From Felis catus (lineage: Eukaryota), in contig NC_058368.1 in NCBI RefSeq assembly GCF_018350175.1, forward strand, positions 68,450,001-68,514,000: 64,000 nt of DNA, given 5' to 3'. The notes beneath the pieces were generated by a model. It made no database searches. It was not told the DNA's origin and saw only the letters and a program-made list of their open reading frames with translations. How positions within the stretch are numbered: the first letter of the stretch is position 1; each line of letters begins with the position of its first letter. Of the stretch, positions 12,719 through 25,340 are shown piece after piece. The position numbers were made by a program, and so were the translations under genes.

Positions 12719-13403
12719 TATATTAAACCTTGTGTTTTAGTTTAAATAAACTGGCCCTCACTCTGCTGCCTGTAGCGCCTCCCCTGGGGACCCAGGCCCT
12801 AGCAGCTTCTCCTCATCCTCTGCATCCTCTTCTCCAACCACCAGCTGTCTTCCACCCGAGGTTCTGAATTCACTTTCAGAACAATCGGACATTGTTCAGA
12901 GTTTATATAATGAGGACATGGAAGTAATCGGGTTGACTCTGGATTCGGGGAGAAAATGTTATTTTTGCTCTAGCGATTGCATTTCCTTTCTTGAATTCCC
13001 CCACCCTCCTTCTCCTGTCCTCCCTCCCGGAGGCTGACAGCGTCCAAGTCCTCTGTAGCCTGCTGTGGGGTGACAGAATCACAGCCAGGTGTAGAGCCGC
13101 AGGTGGTGTCCATGGCCCCCTGCTTCCCGCCAAGTCCTCCAGTCACCAGTGACCGGCTGCTCATCAAACACCTTTCTCCAGCCCATTTCCAGTTCCGTCT
13201 CAGAGAGCTGGCCTCCGATAAAGCAGCTCCCAATTTATTTTGAAGATAGAATTAGGTTAAATTAATTGGTCTCTGAATGATAAATTTATTCTTTGAAGGG
13301 CAGAAACTCTGTGGCAGCAAGACTGATATACCCATAGGCATTGGCAGGAGGTCATCTGATGCATGAAAAGGCTTCCACAAGCGAATATATTCTGCCCAAT
13401 TCA

Positions 13404-13456
<53 letters not shown>

Positions 13457-13458
13457 CC
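13404..13458. repeat. Compound (CT)n(CA)n microsatellite
   Basis: Directly visible. Confidence 0.95.
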
Positions 13459-13964
13459 CATGGATATATTGCTAAGGAATAAGTACATTTTTACTTAGTC
13501 TGAGATGTATTATCCAACAGGTATTTTAATCTATTGGCATTGATACCCTTAATACATTGAGCATTCTGCTAGGCACCCCTTGAAGAAGTCCAATACTATA
13601 GCAGGAGTGAATTTACTGGTCTACTTGACAAATCTGTCACTATCTGGTGTCACTTCTCAGAGCCCCAGGATAAGTGAAATTTACTGGAGGGATGAAACTG
13701 AGAGTTCAGGGTGGCTGTTTGGGACCCTTCTGGGGTGTGGGGTGGGTAGAGAAAGCAAGCGTGTTTGACAGTGAAAAAGAGACCTCACCCTGCCCCACCC
13801 ACAGCCTTGGTGCAGTAAAATGAGGAGAGAAAAGTCTCAAAAGCTACTTCTCATGTGTCTTTGGGCTAAGCTCTACGGAAATACTTTTTTACATTGCTGG
13901 GCTCAGATGTTTCCTAAAGGAGCAAGCCCAAGTCACTCTGCATAGAATTATGACCCACACTTCT

Positions 13965-15470
13965 CTAATTTTTTTAAAAAATTGAGGTGAAATTCCCATA
14001 GAATAAAATTAACCATTTTAAAATGGACAGTCCAATGGTATTTAGTACATTCACAATATGGTGCAACCACTGCCTCAGTCTATTTCCAAAGTATTTTCAT
14101 CTTCCAAAAGGAATCCTCATCCCCATTAAACAGTCATTCACCAGCTTCTCCTTCTGGAAACTCCAGGCAAACACCAAATTGCCTTCTGTCTCTGTGGATT
14201 TACCTATTCTGAGTATGTGTAAATGGAATATTACAATATGTAACATTTTATACCTGAATTCTTTCACTCAGCATAATGGGTTTCAGGTTCATCCACACTG
14301 TAGCATCAGGACTTCATTCCTTTTTATGGCTGAATAATATTCCACCACAATTTATTTATCCATCCATCCGTCCACAAATGGACATTGAAGTTGTTCCTGG
14401 CTATCGTGAATCTTGCTGCTATGAACATACATGTACATACATTTATTTGAGTTCCTGTTTTCAGTTCTGTGGCGTATGTACCTAGGAGTAGAATTTCTGG
14501 GTCATATGATAATTCTACGCTTAACGTTTTGAGGAGCCACCAAACTGCTTTCCACAGCAGGTGCACCATTTTACATTCCCATCAGCAATGCACAAGGGTC
14601 CCAAAGTCTCCGTATCCTCATCAACATGTACTATTTTCTGGGAGTTTTGTTTTGTTTTGTTTTTATAGCCATCTTATCAGATGGGAAGAGGCATCTCACT
14701 GTAGTTTTGATTTGCATTTTCTTAATGACTATTTATGTTGAACATTTTTCATGTTCTTGTTCGGGTAACACTTAAGCTGAGCCTTAGAGAATGAGTCTGA
14801 TTAATCCCCTTGAAGAAGGACAATACTGTCACAGGAGTCTACTTGACAAGCCTGTCAATATCTGGTGTGTCTTCTCTGAGCCCCAAGTTAAAGGCATGTA
14901 AGCTTTTGGATAGCTTTTTTTTTTTTTTTTTTTTTTTAAGAAATGTCTATTGAAGTCCTTAGCCCATTTTAAAAATTGAGTTATCTTTTTATTGTTGAGT
15001 TGTAATGATTCTTTATGTATTCTGCATGCTAGACGCTTATCAAATATAGGATTCGCAAATAGTTTCTCCCATTGGGTAGGCTTTTTTAACTACTTGATAA
15101 TATCCTGTGATGTGCACAAGTTTTTAATTTTTATGAAGGCCAATATATCTATTCTTTCCTTTATTTCTTGTGCTCTTGGTATCACAGCTAAGAATCTGTT
15201 GGCAAATCCAAGGTCATGAAGATTTAGCCCTATGTTTTCCTCCAAAAGTTTTATAGTTTCAGCTCTTCTATTTAGGTTGTTGATCCATTTTGAGTTAACT
15301 TTTGTATATAATGTGAGGCAAGGGTTCAACTTAGTTCTTTGCCATGTGGGGTATTTAGTTGTTCCTGTACATTTCATTGAAGAGACTATTTTTCCCCATT
15401 GAATGGTCTTGGCACCCTTGTCAAAAATCAATTGGCCGTGGATATATGGGTTTATTTGTGCATTCTCAAT
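13965..15470 (-). mobile_element. L1 3' portion (ORF2 C-terminal part + 3'UTR), L1MA/MB-like
   Basis: ORF 15090..15476 (INPYIHGQLIFDKGAKTIQWGK...IKLLEENIG) and 14324..14569 (ELSYDPEILLLG...MFIAARFTIA) are decayed ORF2; poly-T at the left end. Confidence 0.9.
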
Positions 15471-17049
15471 GCTCACACCCCTCTCTTTTTATAGAACTTT
15501 CATGGGGAATAATTCAGACACAGTTAGTTCCATTTTGCTCATTTCTCTTGGTTGCAAGACTTTTGAGAGACTTTCAGGCCATGTAATCATGTTTTTGTCT
15601 TTCCTTCCTCATTCACTAAAGTATTTCCTGGCTTCTTTTCTACAGTGCTACCCAACAGCAGAGTAACTCCTGAAGACTAAAAAAAAAAAAAAAAAGGTTT
15701 TTTGCATAGGTTTTAAATAATAAATTTGGCCATTGTGATGGTGTAGCCCTTATAGTGCAAAGTCCGGGATGAATGGAAACCTTCACATGTTCTTCCATTT
15801 GTTCTCTTGAATTCCCTTGAAGAGTAGCCATTTATTGGAACTTAGATAATTCTACTTCAAAGCTCTTCTTCTGACAAGGTTTTATTTTTATGAAATGTCA
15901 CTCTTGTAGCTTTCCTTTTAAGTTTACTCCACCTTTGACATCCTGTGTCTGGCTCAACATTTGTAGTTTTTTTGGCCCAAGCCTTCTGACTGATTATTTA
16001 CCTTTTGAAATATTTACATTGATTCTTTGAGGCCACAGCTGCTCCTGGCAGAATTACCTTGTAGCCCCAGTGGGCCAGTCTCTGAACTTTTCCAACTGAA
16101 AAGGTCAGGCAGTTATGGGTACTGACAATTTTTAATTTTGTAACCTCTGCGGAAAGCTGAAGGGGGCAGACTTGAACAAATAAATTAGTGTGAGCTGGCC
16201 ACAAAATTCACTGAGAACTGCCATGGGAGGAAAGAAGAGGCACTTGAACTCCAATAAATAAAGAGGGGGACCGGGTGTTCTTATGACAACATCAAGCTGT
16301 GTCACCATGTAGACTGGTGGAAGTTTGAGTTATTAATCCCTTAAATCTCCTGCAGGCCTTGTCCAGTTAAGAGCTCTCAGCTGTGGTTCACTCAGTTTAT
16401 TCGGATCCAAGGATTATTTACTGATTTATGATGCCTCAGAAATACTGATGTTGAAACATCCAAGGGGACCCTGTTTTCTGTAGGACATTCAAGAGCGTTG
16501 CAGTCAAAAAGCTTCTAAGCTTTTTGACCACAGAGAAGCCTTCATGGGAATTTCATCTTTAATCTGAAGCCACCGCTGCTGCTACTGCTACGAAATAGGG
16601 AAACATGTCTGTGCCATCTCCTAAGATGTTGGGATAGCACTTAGACACTGCAATCCGGGAATCCTTTTTATGGACAATGGAGAGGGAATCCAAGGCACCC
16701 CCAGCTCTCTGAAGAGTGAGAACAAGACCTGATTTCCAACAAGGAAATCAGACATTTCCTGTTGGCCTTAGGAAGAAGTTTGATTCTTTTGCACTCCCTA
16801 CATTTAGTCTCTTGGAATTCATGAGACAAACTATAGCAAAGGAATTGTGTCATGTTAAGTGTCACAGAGGAAGTCACAGAACACCCAAACTACTATTTCT
16901 AATGTATCTAGACTCAAGTTAAGAAATAGAGAGTTGGAGAATGCCTTACAGTCCTTCCTCAACTCCCTTTATTTCCCTCCTTCTATAAAATCAGACTTCC
17001 CTCCCTGTACCTTTCTGCTCCAAGGAAGAAGCTGCTTTCAAAGCTTCCA

Positions 17050-18010
17050 TATGGGCTTGACCGTCTCATGGGTTATGTTGGGCTTCCTCCCGTACTGACC
17101 TCTACCCATCCCTTCCTAAAACACTTGCTTCCTCTGAGCTCCAAACCACCAGTATCTTCTACTTCTCCTCTTGCTTCCCTGATGGCTTTTTCTCAGTCTT
17201 TCACTGATTTCTTGTCTTGCAGCCCCGATGTCAAAAGTTATGAGCCTGATTTTCTTTTCTTTTTACCCTATGTATTCCTTCTGGATGACTCCAACTCTGC
17301 CCATGGCTTTAGTTATCACCTATATTCTGATGCCCTTCACTTCTGTAGTTCTCACCTGCCCCCCAAACTCCAGGCATATTTCCAACTGCCTTCTGGATAC
17401 CACCACAGGGATGCCTATAAAATATTCATGCTTAGGGGCTCCTGGGTGTTTCAGTTGGTTAAGCATCCAACTCCTGATTTTGGCTCAGGTCATGATCTCA
17501 CAGTGAGTGGGTTCAAGCTCCACATCAGGCTCCGAACTGACAATGCAGAGCCTGCTTGGGATTCTTTCTCTCCCCCCTCTCTACCTTTTCTTGGCTCAAG
17601 CTCATGCTGTCTCTCAAAATAAATAATTTAATTAATTTAAAAAAAACTCCCACTTAGTACTTAGTATACCTACACCATACTCTCCTGAAAGCTATAGAAA
17701 ACTTTCTTCTTATTCTCTGTATCTTATGTTGGTTAAAGTAGTCAACTGTATTACCACCTTCTCTCATACTCCAAGTTTCAACATCTTATTAATTGAACTT
17801 CCAAAATATTATCTCATATTTCTTAACTATTCCCCTAGCATTGCTCCATTGAAGGTGACAACAAACCCACAGTGTTCTAACCATAGCCTTTAAGCTCTGT
17901 GAGGACAGGGATTTTTGTCCATTTTGTTCACTGTCTAGTGTCAACATTTAATATAGTACCTGTAACATTGAAGCAACTTATAAATATTTGCTGAATAAAT
18001 TAAAAAGTTG
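17050..18010 (+). mobile_element. L2 fragments split by a SINE
   Basis: catggcttttagttatcacctatattctgatg; aagctctgtgaggacaggga...taaatatttgctgaataaat tail. Confidence 0.7.
17435..17646 (+). mobile_element. CAN-SINE
   Basis: ggggctcctgggtg...ggctcaggtcatgatctcac...aaataaat. Confidence 0.93.
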
Positions 18011-18863
18011 ATTTCTATATTCTCTCCCCTTTAATTCATTCTATACAACCATCAGAATTAAGCAAAACAAAGACACAATCATATCATTACTTTTTCTGAA
18101 CCTTGCCATAGTTGTTTCCCATGTGCTACAGAATGAAGGCCACCATGTTTAATTGAGGCACTCGAGACTTTTCAGAGTCCTCAATTTAATTCTGAGAGTT
18201 CATTTCTTACCACTTTCTTCCAGGACCCTACTTACTGGATGGACTAGACAATTTCCATGCCTGTGATGTATCATGCCTATTCCCATCTTTTCCACTTTGC
18301 TCCTTCTGTTCTCTCTGCCAGAAATACCCTTCCCTCGTTTGTATCTGAAATGGGATGGTCTTTTATCTATGGCCCTTTGAGTGTTCAAGTTTGAGAAAGT
18401 CAGGAATTAAAAACAGGCAAATAAAGTTAACACAATGAGACTTTGGGGTGTAGCGAAAGCTTAGGAAGAGCCAAAAGGCTGCCATTCAGAATCCCTGTCT
18501 TTTAAAATGACCTTTCTCGTTCCCTGTACTCTTAGGCCCAAAGTTCTTCACACCGCCCTCCTGACCAACCCAACCACAGAAACAAAGGGAAGAGCAAACA
18601 GAATAACTCATGTACACATCTAAGGTTTCAGAGACTGAGGAGAAACAGTGAGGAAGGGCCAGCCAGAGAATGATGGAGGTCAAGACTTCAAGGGATGGAA
18701 GGAGTTAAAAAAAAGTCCACGTGCCAGTGGAGGCACCAGGGTGGTGGGGGCAAGAAGGCTGTGGGTCAGGACAAGCACAGACATGAGTGCATGAGAATTT
18801 CCAGCTCTTTACAGGGCATTCTACCACTGAGATATGAAAGCAAATGCTTGGCCTTTTCTGGAA

Positions 18864-18897
18864 TGTGTGTGTGTGTGTGTGTTTGTGTGTGTGTGTG
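18864..18897. repeat. (TG)n microsatellite
   Basis: Directly visible. Confidence 0.95.
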
Positions 18898-20009
18898 CAT
18901 GGACCATGCAGAAGATGGAGAATAGATCATCACCTCTCCCACCCCCTGTAAGTCACCTGCAGGCATTTAAGATCAAAACCATACATTATGAGAATGGAAG
19001 AGAGCAAAGCAGTGGTTCAGCCAACCAGCTAACCAGAAAAACCGATTTCACTGACTGTTCTTGGAAGCCCTCACCCCCACCTCCAAGACACAAAGGCTGG
19101 TGACTCAGTTACACGCCTATCAATTTCCTTCTCACACTTCATCAAGTGTTGTTTCCCCAGACAGAATTGATGGATCTGTTCTCTGGCTTCCGTCATCTTT
19201 CATGGGCCTTCAGTTCTGTTCAACTAGATCCTGTCTTCTCAATTGGATCCCAAGTTCACCGAGAGCAAAGCTGCCGATGCTGCCTCCCCATCCTTCAGAG
19301 TCTCACTTGGGGTCTTGTGCCTTGTGGCCACTTGATAAATATTATCGACTTGGCTTTCGCAGATGCTGTCACCGAGGCCCAGAGCGGCTAACTGGCTTTT
19401 CCAGTGCTCCATGACTTATCAGTGGCTATGCCAGGACAGGATAGCAGCTTTTTCTTTCCAACCAAAAACTCATTGTGGTTCAGTCTGAAAAGTTCATTTT
19501 GGGGCATACATTTGCTTAGAAAGGAATTGCACCGTGGTGATTTCCTTCAACCGCGTTATGATCCAAAGTGGCACTTTCCAAACATAAGGCAGCCTCATCC
19601 ACAAGCACGGGCTTCTGATGAGGGGCTCCTTGCAAGTCCGTTCGCTTCCTCAGATCCCTTTCCTCAGCTGTGAAGAGAGGACACTAGGGCCCAGGGATGC
19701 GGCAAGAGTGAAGAAGACAGAGAGACAGAGGGAGGTCCAGCAGCGAGTTAACTATTCCACAAGTATCTCGTTTGGGTAATGGCACTATCAACTACACATT
19801 GGCTCTATGTATTTTTTTTTTTTTTTACTATAGGAAAATGTACTCAAAATGAGAAAAGAAATCACAACAAACTACAAAGTATAAAAGCTAAAATTTACCC
19901 GAAAACACAAAACCCAGAAGAAAATCCCGCCTATATTTATCTTAATCCCTGACATATCTTTACAGTACCTTTTCCTACATATTTTATGTACGTGCTTAAA
20001 TTTCTTTTT

Positions 20010-20910
20010 TACTATGCTAAACTACATATAACACAAAAGTTGCCGTGTTAACCGTTCTTTACAGTTGAGTGGCATTAATGACATTCACCGTGTTGTATGA
20101 CCGTCACCACTATGAATTTCTACCACGTTTCCATCTCCCCAGGCAGAAACTCGGTAGGCAGTAAGCAGTTACTCCCCATTCTCGTCTCTCCCTGGACGCT
20201 ACTCTACCTGTTGTGCCCCAAATTTGCCATTTCTAGGTAGATGGAATCACGCAGTATTTGCCTGTTTGTGCCTTGCTTATTGCACTTAGCACAGTGTTCT
20301 CAAATTTCATCTGTGTTGTAGCCTCTGTCAGCACATCCTCCCTTTCTAGGGCTGAGTAATAATACTGCACCCCATGTATACACCACATTTTGTGCATCCA
20401 CTCATCTGTTGATGGGCACGGGTTATTTCTGCCTTTTAGCTGTGGTGAATAATGCTGCAATGAACATGCATGCGAGTATCTGTGAGTCCCTGATTGCAGA
20501 TCTTTTGGATGTACACCCAGGAGTGGAATAGCCGGGTGACTGGTAATTCTATATCTACCTTTTAAGGGTGCCTGCGTGACTCGGTCAGTTAAGCATCTGA
20601 CTCTTGGTTTTGGCTCCAGTCATGATCTCACGGTTCATGAGTTCGAGCCCCATGTCCGGCTCTGCACTCACAGTGCGAAGCCTGCTTAGGATTGTCTCCT
20701 CTCTCTCTCTCTCTCTCTCTCTCTGCCCCTCACCCCCTCAAAATAAATAAATTAACTTATATTTACCTTGTAGAGGAGCCACTGAGCTGTTTCCACGGCA
20801 GCTGGACCATGTTACCTCCTCACCAGCAAATGCAAGTGTCCCAGTTTCTCCACATCCTCAGTAATGCTGGTTACTTTCCATCCTTTGTATTACAGCCATT
20901 CTAGTGGGTG
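20010..20910 (-). mobile_element. L1 3' end (L1MB-like) split by a SINE
   Basis: ORF 20233..20460 resembles the ORF2 C-terminus (CPSTDEWMHKMWCIH...VLSAISKAQ); 3'UTR at left. Confidence 0.85.
20566..20755 (+). mobile_element. CAN-SINE
   Basis: Consensus body; TSD tatatctacctt / tatatttacctt. Confidence 0.92.
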
Positions 20911-21939
20911 TATTGGCTCTATCTTATTTGCAGGCTGGAGGCATTTTGAAGTTTATTTCTCCTGCCCTGGATATCCTTATTTTGCTCCTAGATGACTAGC
21001 TCCATAATTAGAGATTCATTCCCTTGGTTTAATATTTGTCACCATCTATTAAAATGCTGAGTGCAGAAGCATCTCGAGGCTTTTTGGTTATTTGCAGCAC
21101 AGGACAGTTGCTGTCCTGTGGGCACTTGCAGAGCAGCTCGGACTGCTGGCAGGTGCTTAGTGGGGGCTGAGGGCCAGAGAGCAAGCTCTCCTTCCGGCCC
21201 CCTGTGCCATCCTCACCATGTCCCCGTCACTGCCCTGGAGCCAGGGGCTTGCAGAGGCGGTCCTCACATCCACCTACTTTATTCTCCCATATAATTAGTC
21301 AAGATCCCAGCAACCCTCCCTTTACCCACCCGAGCCCGGTGCTTCTGCTCCACTGCCTGCGTTCTGGTTGACACCTTGAGCTACTTCACAACTGGACAAC
21401 TGCAGAACTCTCAGCCAGCCCTGCGTCCCTGTCCCCCGGTCACCCCCACTAACTGCCACCTCATCCTCACACGCTACGTATCTCACGTGCTGCCCTGCTC
21501 CTCCTTGTTGGCAGAAACTCTCTCAGTGTGAGCCACGCCTACTGTCTTAGGAAGATCAGCCCCATCTTCCCCCTTTTCCCACCCGAAGCCTCCTGTTCTC
21601 TCTTATGGTAAAGTCAGTGTGCGCCGAGCATTTACAAAGTGCCGAACACTCCCATGGCCACCTGACCGCCTTTGCTTCTGGATATTTGTAAGTGCCTGAG
21701 AGAGGTACTCGCTTCCAGCATGATGTGAACACCATCCCCTTGAGCTGTGCAGCACCAAGGCCCGGATTATACTACCCTCTCTCACCCTCAAGCTTTGGCA
21801 GCATTTTCCCCCTCCGCCCCGAACTCCCTGTTTCAAAACTTACCACTTCCGGTTTTTCGGCTACTCCTCCCTACTTGACGGCCTCAGCCTAGGTGGGCAT
21901 TTGATGCCCTTATGGAGACCCCCAAGTGGGTGCCCCCAC

Positions 21940-22112
21940 TCTTTGCTCCAATGCTTACCTAATTATAGCGCTTTTCACACTATTTGGTTTCCATTGGCAT
22001 GTCTACCCTTGCAGACTGTGAGCTCCCCAGCGCAAGAATTGAATCCCCCCTCCCATACTAGTGGTTGACACTTCATGGGTATTCTATAAATGTCTGATGA
22101 ATGAATGAATGG
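21940..22112 (+). mobile_element. L2 3' end
   Basis: agactgtgagctcc...ataaatgtctgatgaatgaatgaatg. Confidence 0.65.
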
Positions 22113-24269
22113 AATGGCCAATCATCTACCAGGCCTTTCTTCCTGGAAGTTCATTACCCCACATTATTTCCCTCAAATCTGTTCATACTTCCATCAAATG
22201 CCTAGTAGGATTTTCTCTATAAGCCAAGCACTGATTTAGACCCTGGAACTACATCAGAGAATAAGAAACAAGAATTACTGATGTTGGGGAGTGGGAGAGA
22301 GTATAGAGAGAGGCAGAAAATAAGCAAGTAAAATATACCGCATGCCTAATAGATCCATTCGTAATAACAAATATGTGCTTTGAAAATTCAAATAGAGCTC
22401 TGAGATAGAATATGAAGGTGGAGGAAGAGAAAATATTGGCTTGTGAAGCTCCGCGGTAGCACGTAGGTATGGGAACAGGAGGCGTGGGACATTGGGAGAG
22501 ACTGGGCGCCCTCTCTGGGGATAGAGGAGAGGAAGCCCCGGGAAACGGAAAACAGGCAAAGTACCAAAGACAACCAGTGTTACTGAAGTCTGGCCCCGGC
22601 TCTAGTGTTTGGTGGGGAGACCTGTGGGGAAAGGGATTGCGGGGTGGTTACCACAAGACTCAGGACACTAACCAGGAAGAAGCTGCTTCTGCAGAATGTG
22701 GTTGGTCCATGATAAACCCGACTTCCTTCTTTCCAGCGCAGAAGAAGAATTTGGGGTGTGACTCTTCATCGGTAAGGGTGGCGGTATGAAGAGACTGTCT
22801 TCCACAAAATTTGATATCCATAGCTTTAGAAAACAGTCCTTTAACTTGAACTATGGGATTAAACTTTCTTATGTCAAAAGAACGGCTTTTAGATGCTCTT
22901 CCAGAACAAGACCATGAGCCATTTGACAACAGGGCAGTGTTTTCCTTCTCTCTTTCCCAGACTCCAACACAAAGCCTAGGATGGGGCAGAGAGACAGGCA
23001 ATATAAGCCTGAGATGAGGACAGTTTGTCGTCAGGACTTTTCTTAGAAATACCTTGCCTCTCTATTTTTTCTTTATACTTGAGACTTTTATTTTCTAATT
23101 TATTATAATTTTTATTATAAAAATGTGTTTATTGCTGAATGCTCAGAAAATAGAGAAAATAGGAAACATTTCCTCAGCTCATCGACCTGAATGATTATTA
23201 ATAGTAATAACTCATATTTCACCAGTTCTTTCTCTTCCTTCCTAATGCAAGTTCTCAAATCCCTAACCAATTATTATCCCCTCCATCCTCTTATTTCTAG
23301 GTAGTATGAGAAACCCAAGGGGCCAGAGCACCTGGACTGATGCTCACAATTTAGTTTGGCCCATTATTTGTGGCTTTTGATCATTTCCCTTCCACATCTG
23401 GCCATACTCAGTGACATCAGCTGCCTATAAAACCGAATGAGGGGACCCCTAGGCTCTTCTTTATATGACCACTCAGAGTCCCCTCCCTAAGGATTTGGAG
23501 TTGCCAAAGGACACTCGGTGCGACTAAAGCTCTGAGGTTTCATGCAGATGTGAGGAAAGCAAGCTCCACCCCCATCCCCAGCCAGACCTTCTTACTGAGG
23601 ACCTAGCAAACTAGGGAACCATTGCTTGCCTTCTGACTGTGGCTCCTCTCTCCCTTAGCCTAAGTTCTGTATCCAAAGAATGGGTCTTCAGAGGACATTT
23701 ACTGCCCCTTTGGTGCCTGAGCTCTGAGGCTCATGCCATGAGAACATTGATCCAGTGGAATCTTAGGTTGCTCTGCCCACCCCAGCCCAGCCCACCCCCC
23801 ATGCTCAAATATCTCCAAATCCCAACAGCTGGACACGTTATGCCAGACTTTGGCACCTACCTACAGATATGAAGGAGGCAGGTGACAAACGATCATTCAA
23901 AGATTCTAATTTTAACATCGTAATGTTTCTCTTTCCTTCCGGTGTTTTTTGCACATTCATTACAAACTTGGAACTATATGGTAGAACTATATGGTATGTT
24001 AATACTGGCTCTTCTCTTTTTAAAGTCCTAGGTATCCAAGCAATGAATTTTTTATGCCTTTCAGTTATAGAACTATTTCATCATTGAATATTCACCTAGG
24101 CAAAGTCCTTTTCTATTGTAGTTATAAACTAGCAATAATAATAATAACATTTATGATTCCCTTCTGATAAAGATGCTTACCTACCCATTTCTATATATCC
24201 ACCTGTTCTTGAGAAATACATTGTTGCACTGTTTCACATATATGGTCTTTAATATTCATTTCTACTAAA

Positions 24270-25340
24270 ATCCCATTCTCCTTTAGTGTTTTCATTCAAC
24301 CTTCTCTTTTACAGATTTATTGACATATACCTAATCCAAATTTTGTCATTTCATAGTGTAAATCTACTACATTTTGCCTGTTCTTTCCCCAGTGTTGAAC
24401 ACTTGGGTTATTCTAACTTCTTGCTGCCCCAGTCTATATCATGACAAACGTCTTTTACATGTTCCTGTAAGGACGGGCATAAGAATGTCTTTGTGATCTA
24501 TGTCCAGGAGTGAGTGGAATTATTGGGCCTTGGGTTCTCACAGAGAAAACTTCTCAAAGAACCTACATATCACTTTCTAGTGTTGTTCAAGTTCCCATCT
24601 TCCCACATACTTAGTGACATTTTGTATTATATGCTCTTCTATTTTTTGCTATTTTGAGGCCTGCAAATCAATGTCTCTTTTTAATTTGTATTTATAACTG
24701 ATAGCTGTGGGGTTTCAACACTTGTGCATAGAATTATGTACCTTCTTCTTCTTTGGAATGTCTATTCATAGTTTTGCCCATTTATCCTCTTTGCACTTAA
24801 CATTTAACCTTGAATCCTGTCTCTTACTGTCCACAAACATAACTTATAATGGGTTTATGATATTCCTTAATATGACATATCTTGGTTAATCATTGTTCTT
24901 TTATTAGACCTTTAAGTCATTTCCAGTTTTTGCTAACTGTGATAAGCACTTTGCATACACATCTTTGTCCCCATGTGAGATTATTTCCTTTGGACCATGT
25001 CATAAGATAATGACTGATTGAAAGAACATTTTAAGTCACTCAATATGTATTGCCAAATCGCTTCCCTAGAAGGGTATGGCATGGACTGTTCCATTAACAG
25101 TGCATAAGAGTACTTGTCTTACCATACACTCACAATTATTCTCCAAATCAGCACTAACCTGAGACGTGAAGTCTGGCGCACATTTTGCTTTAAATTGCTT
25201 ACTAGTGACACGTGGATCTATTTAATGCAGATTAGAGATTTGCATTTCTTCTTTTGTAAATTCTCCATTTGTGCTCTTTGCCACATCTTCCCAGGCTAGT
25301 TGTTGATTCACAGAAGCCTTTTCCATGAATAGTAGTTATG
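24270..25340 (-). mobile_element. Old L1 (L1ME-like) 3' fragments
   Basis: Decayed antisense L1 motifs: ggaatgtctattcatagttttgcccattt, atttccagtttttgcta, tattgccaaatcgcttcc. Confidence 0.65.

Noticed and set aside
12772..12792. CTCF-like motif
   Set aside because: Several mismatches in the core.
17068..17622. 184-aa ORF
   Set aside because: Made of L2 plus CAN-SINE sequence (DFGSGHDL is SINE-derived); no coding signature.
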